Shown in pieces: positions 27,530 through 38,049 of a DNA stretch of 64,000 nt. The stretch comes from Macrostomum lignano. Lineage: Eukaryota. Under the pieces are notes generated by a model. The model was given only the letters and a program-made list of their open reading frames with translations, did no database searches and was not told the origin of the DNA. The position numbers and the translations under genes are program-made. Location of the stretch: NCBI GenBank assembly GCA_002269645.1, contig NIVC01000353.1, positions 434,001 through 498,000 on the forward strand, given 5' to 3'. Numbering within the stretch: the stretch's first letter is position 1; each line of letters opens with the position of its first letter.

Positions 27530-27554
27530 CTGGGAAAGGAGAAAGGCGGCTCCG

Positions 27555-28345
27555 CTGTGTCTATTTGCCCTATTCCACTGTGTCTATCTGCCATATTCCA
27601 CTGTGTCTATCTGCCATATTCCACTGTGTCTATCTGCCATATTCCACTGTGTCTATCTGCCATATTCCACTGTGTCTATCTGCCCTATTTCACTGTGTCT
27701 ATCTGCCATATTCCGCTGTGTCTATTTGCCCTATTCCACTGTGTCTATCTGCCATATTCCACTGTGTCTATCTGCCCTATTCCACTGTGTCTATCTGCCC
27801 TATTCCACTGTGTCTATCTGCCATATTCCACTGTGTCTATCTGCCCTATTTCACTGTGTCTATCTGCCATATTCCGCTGTGTCTATTTGCCCTATTCCAC
27901 TGTGTCTATCTGCCATATTCCACTGTGTCTATCTGCCCTATTCCACTGTGTCTATCTGCCCTATTCCACTGTGTCTATCTGCTCTATTCCACTGTGTCTA
28001 TCTGCCCTATTTCACTGTGTCTATCTGCCCTATTCCACTGTGTCTATCTGCCTTATTCCACTGTGTCTATCTGCCATACGCCGCTGTGTCTATCTGCCCT
28101 ATTCCGCTGTGTCTATCTGCCCCATTCCGCTGTGTCTATCTGCCCTATTCCACTGTGTCTATCTGCTATATGCCGCTGTGTCTATCTGCCCTATTCCACT
28201 GTGTCTATCTGCCCTATTCCACTGTGTCTATCTGCCCTATTCCAGTGTGTCTATCTGCCCTATTCCAGTGTGTCTATCTGCCCTATTTCACTGTGTCTAT
28301 CTGCCTTATTATTCTGCTGTATCTATCTGCCCTATTTTCTGCCCT
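27555..28345. repeat. 23-bp minisatellite (TATTCCACTGTGTCTATCTGCCC), array 1
   Basis: Directly visible. Source of the CHIPLCLSALFH ORFs. Confidence 0.97.
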
Positions 28346-28349
28346 ATTC

Positions 28350-29340
28350 AAGGCTAGCAGCAGCCTGATGAGCATCCTTAAAAAGCAGGGACACTCGGTC
28401 CGCTTGATCCGAGACGCTAAAAAGTCAGCTCTCATACAACTTGGACTTTACATAGATTTTCAGTGGGCTTTCGGCTTTCAAGACTGCAGAAACCGAGACT
28501 GTGCTGTATGCCGACGACACGGCTGCTTTGGCCAAGTTTGTCCCGGTTCCACAGCAACTAAAATGGCCTACAGAATTTGCCAGAAGGTCCGCTGTGACTC
28601 CAGGTGCGCGGTCTACGCAATTCTTTGCAACACCTGCAATGGCCGTTGCATTTATGTCGGCGAAACAGGTGGAGCTATCAAGGTCAGACTCCAGGCCCAC
28701 CTAAGTGACATTAGGCTCGCTAAGGACACCCCTGTTAGCAGACATTTTTGCTCTCCGAATCACTGCCTCGACTATCTTCGCTTCATGGGGCTCTGGTATC
28801 TCAGCACCGAGAGCGAGACCAGCAAAGAAGGAGCGCTACGCAGACGCAGGGTCATGGAACAGAAACTCATCTCCCTGCTGAGCACGCAGTCACCTGCAGG
28901 CCTCAATACAATTAACAGCAACACAAGCGCTTGTATCCCAATAGTTATTCCTTTTACGGATAGATCGACTAATATTGTACACGAAATTCGCACTGTTCTC
29001 TCAAACCATGCACATGGGTTGGACACTGTTGCTGCGTACACTCGAGCACCCTCTCTAAAGGACATTCTTTGCCCCTCAAAACTGCCTGCCCTCACTGATG
29101 GTATTGATTAAACTTTCAGAGTGAGCACTATTGAGCAACGTGCGACGGAGACGCTATTTGATTTTATAAACTAACTCACAATTCATTTTATTTCCCACTT
29201 ACAATATAAACTTCGTTCCATTTTATAGCACAATTATACTATTGTAAAACCCTGACGAAGGCCATTTCACGGCCGAAATATCGGTTTACCATAATTCTTA
29301 TATTTTTTGACCTTTGTGACTATCTTATTTATTTCTCAGT
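28350..29340 (+). mobile_element. 5'-truncated Penelope-like element (subfamily A): end of RT thumb, Cys-rich linker, GIY-YIG endonuclease, 3' UTR with hammerhead
   Basis: C-terminal part of ORF 27306-29111: FQDCRNRDCAVC, AVYAILCNTCNGRCIYVGETGG..RLQAH, EQKLISLLSTQSPAGLN. Homologous but clearly diverged from 32780-33535. Confidence 0.9.
29247..29287 (+). ncRNA. Minimal type I hammerhead ribozyme (PLE-associated)
   Basis: AAACC-CTGACGA-a-GGCC(atttcac)GGCC-GAAA-TATC-GGTTT: stem I, CUGAnGA core, stem II, GAAA, very short stem III and UC cleavage site. Confidence 0.85.
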
Positions 29341-29364
29341 TACCTTGGATAGAGCTGCCACTGC

Positions 29365-31304
29365 GTGAGAGGTTTTTTCAAACGTCTATCTACTCCCTGG
29401 ACCAGTCAGCTCTCTCTTTGGCTATCTGAGAATGCCGAGAAGCAGCCGCGCACATGGCACAATTCTGAAAGAAAACCTGCTGAGCGAAATTACCGACAAC
29501 ATCAAAACACCCGCACTGGAGGGCATCAACACCGCTCACGGCCAGACCACAGGCCTCCAGACGCTACGCAGGACAGGACGGGCGGCGACCGGCAACAACG
29601 TCGGAATGCATGTGGGTCGCTGACAACCGCCGCGTCCGGAGTCGCCCGCCAAGTCAAACAGCTGTTTCGTGCTGCTCACCACCTGGAAAATTGGCAGGTG
29701 ACACCATCTTCGATCCGACTAAAGTCTCAGCAGCTGAAAACACTAATCAGGCCTGCAGTGCCCACGGAATCGACAAAATCGCGGATTGCTGAGAACGCCG
29801 ATCAGTGGGAAGTCAGCACGCTAGACACAATGCAGAGCCATTATGAGATCAGCATCCATCATCTAGCTGCTGAACTTCTGGAAGCCAGGAAGGACGCTGA
29901 CCCTTCTGATTGGGAAACCGGCTGGCAAGTCGGTTTTCACTGGGCGGCGAAGGACCTCGGCAGAAGATTCAGCTACAGCCCTGATCTGCTGCAATACCGG
30001 TTGAAAAAATGTCCATCGAGCTGAAGGTACCTGAATTTACTGCTAACAAAGGTAGGACTATCTCTTCTTTTGATACTGTGATTGTAAGTAACCAAACCAC
30101 CAGCTCTATGGGGGTTCCCGTTTCAAACCTCTTGTCTGGGGTGGTGGGTTCGAATCAACCCCACCAAGCCGCCAGCCCTGTGACAACTGAGCAGGGGAGG
30201 GAGCAACCAGCAGGGAATCGTCCCTCCAGCCCTTCAACGGGCATGGAAGAATCTCCCGACTGGCGAGGCTTTAACGAGGAACCGAGCATGCTAAGCCATA
30301 CGGACGAGGACAACCAAGCTTGCCCGCCGATTTTTCCGACAGAAGAGCCGCCTGAAGGACTCAATACGCAAATGCAGGGTCCAGTTGCCTGTGACCAGGG
30401 GCTGGACACGGGGGTGGTCTGTGACCAGACACCTCCACCTGCAAACTCCATTGCTGCTGATCAAAACGAATCAGCTATTTCGATACCTGCCATCTTGACT
30501 TCGAGTCGTCAACAGCAGAGTCAAGTCGCCTGTGACCAGGGGCTTGACACGGGAGTGGTCTGTGACCAGACATCCCCAGCTGCTGCTAATAGCAACAACA
30601 CCGATGCCAGCCAGGCTGACTCTTCCGTGTCTTTTGCGACACCCACCGACAACGATGCAGTTCTACAGAGTAGATTTGCTTGCGCTGAGCCACCCAGGCT
30701 TGCCAGTGACAACAATAGGGACAGTCTTGAGCTGACCCCTCCTCGATCGGCACTTGCTCAACCAGGCCAGATTAACGTCCATAAGGGATTTAAGAAAGAC
30801 TGGAAACTGACCCCTATCGAAAAGTCAACGATCGCGATCGGCGATGAGAGTCTCTCTGAGCCCGGGCAAGCGCACCCAGATGTACAATTTGAAATTTTTC
30901 CGAATCTACGCGCTGAGAACCTAATCAAGGTGCTGCGTGAGCAGTTGAAAAACCCTAGCTCAGCTGTCAAAGCGGTCATTCTCTTCCCTTGTGGTCATGA
31001 CCTGTTGAGACAATTTGAAGGTGTCCTCGACAAACAGCTCACGACAATTGTGAATCATTGTCGCAAGGCCTTTCCAGAGGCAAACATCTACACACTTGAC
31101 TCAGTGGTGGATGCCGAGGCAACGGACAGCGTCCGAAGCAACGTGGAAAAATTGAACCGCCATGCCCAGAATCTCAACCAGAAGGGGCACATGTCACTAC
31201 CCAGACAGGGTTTGACCTTCCTGTCAGACAAGGTCACACTATCTGACCAATCGGCCTTGGAGGTCTTCAGGATTGTCTACGGCAAAGTGCAAAAAAACTT
31301 GTAG
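29365..31304 (+). CDS. PLE ORF1: helical N-terminal domain, low-complexity linker and C-terminal SGNH/GDSL-esterase-like domain; frameshift at the A-run ~30004-30009
   Basis: ORFs 29365-30024 and 30009-31304 fuse (RLK-MSIEL) if one A is removed. KKDWKLTPIEKSTIAIGDESL..FEIFPNL..VILFPCGHD..AFPEANIY resembles SGNH-like ORF1 domains of retroelements. Confidence 0.6.
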
Positions 31305-31333
31305 GTTTTAGGAATGCGGCTAGCAACCAAGTC

Positions 31334-33535
31334 TTGAACTTATCGAATTATCGTCTTTCTGACTGCGAAACCGAAATTTTAGGAATGGGGAAGAACTTTG
31401 TGCCAGCCCCAATTGTTATGGGGTCCAGCGTCCTTTCTGACTCCATCAAGGTTTTCAAGCGGAGAATAGTTCTTAACTCCCTGCTTCAGCGTCGCACGTG
31501 TGCTTTCACCCCGCGCATCCCTTATACTGGCCGAGCTTCGATCCCCAACATCAACTTGGACAAGTGGCGCTCTCACAGAGACCTTTTTGAAAGCCTTGAC
31601 AGGATTAGAATTCCAAGAATCATACACAACAAGCCAAACCTTCAGGAGCAGCAGAGAATGGCACTGAAGACTCTTCGAGACAATAGCAGTATCGTCATTA
31701 AACCTGCCGACAAGGGCAGCAATATGGTCGTTTTGAATCGAACTGATTACATACTGGAAGCTAACAGGCAGCTCTCCAACAGGACCTTCTACCAACCCCT
31801 TGACACTGCAATGAGCGCCCAGACCAGTGCCATTATCAAAGCCATTTTTCAAGATCTTAAAGAAGAAAAGATAATTACTAATCATCAATACTCGCAACTG
31901 ATTCCGCCAACTATTCCAAGAGATCGATTTTTTTACCTTTTGCCAAAAATCCATAAGGATCCGAAGAATGGCCTACTCCTGGAGTGCCTCCTGGGAGACC
32001 CATTGTCTCGGACTGCAGCTCGGAAAGCTACATGAGCGCCAAATTTATCGATCTCTTCCTACAGCCGATCGCTAAGGAACAAGACTCCTTCATCCGAGAC
32101 ACGGACCACTTTCAAGCGGCTATCAATGATTTGATTTTTGAAAAAGACGAAAATGTCTTTCTGGTTACAATGGATGTTGAATCCCTGTACACCAATATTC
32201 CCACTGATAAGGGGATGGACGCCATTAGAGATGCCTTTCAAACATTTCCCCAAACCTCAAGGCCAGATAACCATCTTCTTGCGCTCCTGGACATTAACTT
32301 GAACAAAAATGATTTTGTTTTCAACGACGCGCTACCTTCAAGTCAAAGGCACAAGCATGGGAAAGGCCTTTGCGCCATCCTACGCCAACATATTTATGTC
32401 TGCCTGGGAATCCAAAGCTTTAGAAACTGCTCCGTTTACCCCTCGTTTCTTCAAGCGCTACATTGACGACATTTTTATGGTCTTCGTCGGCACTGAAGAC
32501 GAACTAAAGGAGATGCACAAGCATCTGAATGAGTTCGATTGCAACATCCGACTCACGATGCAATACAGCAGAGAGAAGGTTCACTTCCTGGACTGCTGTG
32601 TCAGTCTGACTGACGAAGGCAACAACAAGAGACTTTCGTGCTCAATCTACTTCAAACCCACCGATTCACGTCAGCTTTTAAATCCGGGGTCTTTTCACCC
32701 AAAGCACACTTTTAAAGGTATACTGAAATCTCAGTTCCTCCGTTACGCTCGCCGTTGCACATTTAAAGAAGACTTCGATGAGGCCAGCAGCAGCTTAACA
32801 AGCATCCTGAAGAAACAAGGTTATTCTGTGCGCTTAATCAGGGATTCTAAAAAATCTGCCCTCATCCAGCTGGGCCTCTACATTGATGGTCGGTGGGAGT
32901 TCGGCTTCCAGGATTGTGGCAATCTAAGCTGCCGTCCTTGCAGAGAGCACGGGAATTTTGGCCAAGTTTGTTTAGGGTCCAGCGCTACAAAAATGATTTA
33001 CAAAATTTGTCAAAAAGTCCGCTGTGACTCCAGGAATGTGGTGTATGCCATTCTGTGCAAGACTTGCAATGACCGCTGTATCTACGTAGGTGAGACTGGA
33101 GGCGCTCTTAAAGTCAGACTTCAGGCTCACCTGAGCGACATTAGACTGGCTAAAGACACCCCAATCTCCAGGCACTTTCGGTCACCAAACCACAGTATTC
33201 AGGACCTCCGCTTTATGGGTCTGTGGTACCTCAGTACTGAGTGCCTGACCACTAAAGAGGGCGCTCAACGCAGGCGGAGGAATATGGAACAGAAGCTCAT
33301 CGCTTTACTACAGACCCAGACTCCAGCAGGCTTAAACACCGTCATCACTGAAAAAGACGCCTGCATCCCAATAGTGATCCCTTTCACGGACCACTCTGGG
33401 CGAATTGTTCATCAAATTCGCACGGCCATTTCGAACCACGCTGCAGAGCTGGATACGGTGGCTGCCTATACTCGCTCACGCTCATTAAAGGACATTCTAT
33501 GTCCACCCAATCTGCCTGCCGTAACTAATGGTTAG
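31334..33535 (+). CDS. PLE ORF2: TERT-like reverse transcriptase plus GIY-YIG endonuclease; two single-base frameshifts (~31968, ~32330)
   Basis: Motifs: IKPADKGS, FYLLPKIHK, PGRPIVSDC, TMDVESLYTNIP, QVKGTSMGKAFAPSYANIFM, RYIDDIF, HFLD, SFHPKHTFKGILKSQFLRY, VVYAILCKTC..IYVGET. Confidence 0.93.
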
Positions 33536-33713
33536 GCCCGAAACTCAAACCTCTTTTCAGATGAGCACTAGATGTACAGATGTACACACGCGTTGCAACG
33601 TGCCCGCCCAACCATATTGATTATTTTATTTTATTCGCGTCTTTCTATACTCACTATAAATATTTAACTCTGTTTTAATTTGCCCTTTTTTCACAGTTTT
33701 TTATTTACAATTT

Positions 33714-33750
33714 ACCCTGACGAAGACCCTGTTTAGGTCGAAAATTCGGT
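33714..33750 (+). ncRNA. Minimal type I hammerhead ribozyme (PLE-associated)
   Basis: ACC-CTGACGA-a-GACC(ctgttta)GGTC-GAAA-ATTC-GGT. Confidence 0.85.
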
Positions 33751-34112
33751 TCTTTTCTTAGAATTAAAGAAATTGTGAATTTGCTTCAACTGTGTGCGTG
33801 GTTTCATTTCGCATTATCTATCTCAGATACACTCGCATTAAATGTAGAACAACTGCAATTAGTGCATCACTCGCTAGTGCAGCATAACACTTTTTCTGTC
33901 AGCATTTTATTTATGATTGTACTCATTAAAAAGCAAAATGGCGATTAAGTGTACATTAGATTAGGTCACTCGTTCATGAAATAAAAAGTACTTCATCAAA
34001 GAAAACATTGTCATTAGTAAGTGAAACTCCCTTATTACCTACGCACACTATGATAGGCAAAAATGTTTAGTGAATCTATGATGGATTCCGTTTGCTTTCG
34101 ACTTACTTTCCG

Positions 34113-35662
34113 TCAGCCCTGAGCAGCAGCGTCTTTTCGCTTCTTCTTAGCTTCCATCATTCTATTCACGAGTTCTTAAGCGGGGACCTGCTTTTGCATC
34201 TTCGTCTTCGTAGCCGCCCGTTCTGCTTGAGACATGGCGGGCCGGTTCACGGGCCAGCTGATGTCCATTTTCTTCTTTGGTGGCGCCGACTTAAACGGAT
34301 TTTTGACGCTCTTCACTGGGAAAGGAGAAAGGCGGCTCCGCTGTGTCTATTTGCCCTATTCCACTGTGTCTATCTGCCCTATTTCACTGTGTCTATCTGC
34401 CATATTCCGCTGTGTCTATTTGCCCTATTCCACTGTGTCTATCTGCCCTATTCCACTGTGTCTATCTGCCCTATTCCACTGTGTCTATCTGCTCTATTCC
34501 ACTGTGTCTATCTGCCCTATTCCACTGTGTCTATCTGCTCTATTCCACTGTGTCTATCTGCCCTATTCCACTGTGTCTATCTGCTCTATTCCACTGTGTC
34601 TATCTGCTCTATTCCACTGTGTCTATCTGCCCTATTTCACTGTGTCTATCTGCCATATTCCGCTGTGTCTATCTGCCCTATTCCACTGTGTCTATCTGCC
34701 CTATTTCACTGTGTCTATCTGCCCTATTCCACTGTGTCTATCTGCTCTATTCCACTGTCTATCTGCTCTATTCCACTGTGTCTATCTGCCCTATTTCACT
34801 GTGTCTATCTGCCATATTCCGCTGTGTCTATCTGCCCTATTCCACTGTGTCTATCTGCCCTATTTCACTGTGTCTATCTGCTCTATTCCACTGTCTATCT
34901 GCCATATTCCGCTGTGTCTATTTGCCCTATTCCACTGTGTCTATCTGCCCTATTCCACTGTGTCTATCTGCTCTATTCCACTGTCTATCTGCCATATTCC
35001 GCTGTGTCTATTTGCCATATTCCACTGTGTCTATCTGCCCTATTCCACTGTGTCTATCTGCCATATTCCACTGTGTCTATTTGCCCTATTTCACTGTGTC
35101 TATTTGCCCTATTCCACTGTGTCTATCTGCCCTATTCCACTGTGTCTATCTGCCCTATTTCACTGTGTCTATCTGCCTTATTATTCTGTGTCTATCTGCC
35201 ATATTCCGCTGTGTCTATTTGCCCTATTCCACTGTGTCTATCTGCCGTATTCCACTGTGTCTATCTGCCATATTCCACTGTGTCTATCTGCCCTATTTCA
35301 CTGTGTCTATCTGCCCTATTTCACTGTGTCTATCTGCCTTAATCTTCTGTGTCTATCTGCCATATTCCGCTGTGTCTATTTGCCCTATTCCACTGTGTCT
35401 ATCTGCCCTATTTCACTGTGTCTATCTGCCTTATTATTCTGCTGTGTCTATCTGCCTTATTATTCTGCTGTATCTATCTGCCCTATTTTACAGTATGTAT
35501 CTGCTCTAATCCTTAATCTTATTTCGAGCCCTATCAGCTAAAACACAAATAAGCATATTTACCTTTTGCCATAATAGGCCTGGGGCATCCTTGAACTTCA
35601 GTAGCTAACATCAGAGCCATTACCAGCACGCACAGAGCTGTGAGAAGTTGGCAGCTAGACAT
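34113..35662 (-). CDS. Cationic secreted-peptide family, copy G2 (exon 1 35563-35662, exon 2 34113-34315) with premature TAA at 34176-34178
   Basis: Exon 1 MSSCQLLTALCVLVMALMLATEVQG-CPRPIMAK, donor AAAG|GTAAAT (phase 1), acceptor tttcccag|tg. CAA in G1 is TAA here. Confidence 0.75.
34340..35500. repeat. 23-bp minisatellite, array 2 (G2 intron)
   Basis: Same unit as 27555-28345. Confidence 0.97.
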
Positions 35663-36513
35663 TTTCGTATTAATATTTCTAGATTTGTTTAGATTTTCGG
35701 CTCGTGAACTAATCAGTTGTATTGTAGAGGTGGCAGTTCTTCAACTGAAGTCACAACAGCTCAAAGACGCTTTGTTACGAGTGGCTATGCGGCACCAGCG
35801 TAGTGAAAGTGCTACCGAAAATTTCTGGCAACAAGCATAACTTGCGTTATTTTTTGCCACAGACAAGTTGACAAGTAAGATATGGGCAACCAACTGCGAT
35901 AGAATCTCGCAAAAGTGCAAGTTTTTATCATTTCACTTATTACAGAATATTTAGAATTTATCTAGTGCAGACTTGATATGCAAATGGTGTTGAATTTTTT
36001 TAAAAGTTTGAAAGGATAAAAGCATATCTTTTCGTTATTGTTTGAGATGTCAATGCTGATGCTAACCAAGATGTTCTTTTTCTGGAATTGATTGATTTCT
36101 AGACTATTGCTTAAAGTACTGTTTTTGATCAACGAAGTAAGAATTTTAAGGCTCACGGTGAGAATCTCTAAGATGTAAGAAGTTTAATTTGGTGTAGATT
36201 AATTTTGCGCTGTGGCGGCCAGAATGTACGCGACCGGCAGCACCAGTGCAGCCGCACTGGAAACCCCCCAACCTCTGTCTAGCTGAGGTGGGGTGGGTGC
36301 TCACTAAGCTAGCCGGCTCGCTAAGCCGGGGGGGGGGGAGTTGGCGTAGCCAATCACGCCACGCCACCTTTTCGCACCTCCCTATTCCCCTCAATATCGC
36401 GCTGTTTGTGTAAATATAAATATACGCACAAAGCAGCGCAAAATCTTTGCTGCCATTGCATCTATTGAACTAAGAAGGCCTTCCGCCTCAGCGCTAAAAT
36501 TTCGTTCCGACAA

Positions 36514-36905
36514 ATGCCTGAGTCTGAGAGTGAACGCCAGCTTCGACTAAAAAATCAGTGTGAGTGTCGATCACGACTTGAAACGCGTTCACAGGTAGGA
36601 GAGACATCGAACATTGGTAGGAAGAAGACGCACGCGGCTGTAAACGATTCATCTGAACGGGAGGATAGGTTGACGAGGCGTTCGGCTTCGTGGTGGACGT
36701 TGGTGTTCCAATTGTAGGCGGAATGGGAGATGCAAATTCCTATTACTCTTACACCTGCTGCTTCGTCCTAAACAGTTTCTATTGCCGGTGATGGAAATTG
36801 TTTTTTTTCATGCGGTAATTGCTGACCAGTTCGAAGGTACGCCTCCACATATGGAGTATATTAGCGTTCGACGTGCTATTGCAGAGCATATTTCTCCCCT
36901 ACTAT
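36514..36905 (+). pseudogene. Helitron/Helentron-like fragment: charged-repeat N-terminus and broken OTU protease motif
   Basis: MPESESERQLRLKNQCECRSRL.. at 36514. At 36781 IAGDGNCFF(+1 T)HAVIADQF..YISVRRAIAEHI is an OTU catalytic motif. No Rep/helicase seen, so the Helitron origin is inferred. Confidence 0.45.
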
Positions 36906-37249
36906 GTATGCTCGTAGTAATGGTCCGATCGGGTTTAGTTTGGTAGGGTGTTAAACCAGTGGGGCGTGGCTCTTGTGCTTTGATGCGGGGTGGTGGGGCC
37001 GTGCTTTGGTCCCGTGCCATCGGTTTGGGTGCCTTTATTTAGCGCCTCTGGCCCGCTAAGTACGTGTCGATTTTTCTCTTTTAAGTCTCCAAGATGTTCT
37101 AAGTTTTGAGTCCTTTAAAATAAAGTAAATACTCGTAAATACGAGTTTACGTAAATACAGTACGCTCGTACGCTCGTATTACTGCGGCCAGACTCGAACT
37201 TGCGCCTCTCGTGCTATCTGCCTTGACTTCGTCTCACCGGTTTAACTAT

Positions 37250-37700
37250 GGATCAGATTGTTCCACTGTTTCTATTCCACTGGGTCTATCTGCCCTATTC
37301 CACTGTGTCTATCTGCCCTATTCCACTGTGTCTATCTGCCCTATTCCACTGTGTCTATCTGCCCTATTCCACTGTGTCTATCTGCCCTATTCCACTGGGT
37401 CTATCTGCCCTATTCCACTGTGTCTATCTGCCCTATTCCACTGTGTCTATCTGCCCTATTCCACTGTGTCTATCTGCCCTATTCCACTGTGTCTATCTGC
37501 CCTATTCCATTGTGTCTATCTGCTCTATTCCACTGTGTCTATCTGCCCTATTCCACTGTGTCTATCTGCCCTATTTCACTGTGTCTATCTGCCCTATTCC
37601 ACTGTGTCTATCTGCTCTATTCCACTGTGTCTATCTGCCCTATTCCACTGTGTTTATCTGCCCTATTTTGCTGTCTATCTGCCCTATTCCACTGTGTCTT
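37250..37700. repeat. 23-bp minisatellite, array 3 (not inside a recognisable peptide gene)
   Basis: Same unit. Confidence 0.96.
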
Positions 37701-38049
37701 TCAGGTTGACATTTTCGCGTAAAATTTTTTACTAAAATTACATTCTAACTCGCGTACTAATAGTTTGTAGAAGCGAATTTTTTTCTACACCATAAAGTCG
37801 TGTTTTTACGAGTTTAACCACAGACATTTGATAATTAAGTAGTACCAGAGAATATTGAGTATACATAGAATGCCAACGAAGCTTTTAAAAAGTGAAGCCG
37901 ATTTTCGCGTTCCGCCGGAAGTTTGGTTTTGGACCATAGACTAAAAATATATTTAAAAGCGTTATTTATTCTCATAGACCAAAGAGCGGCAGCACTTGTA
38001 GGAGTATATTTATTACAAGTATATTTTTAGCTCAAAACAATTTAGTCGC

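Larger units (their letters stand above)
29341..33815 (+). mobile_element. Near full-length Penelope-like retroelement (Neptune-like, subfamily B) with ORF1, RT-GIY-YIG ORF2 and 3' hammerhead
   Basis: See ORF1, ORF2 and hammerhead features. Head-to-tail with the truncated copy upstream, as in pLTR-type PLE arrangements. Confidence 0.9.
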
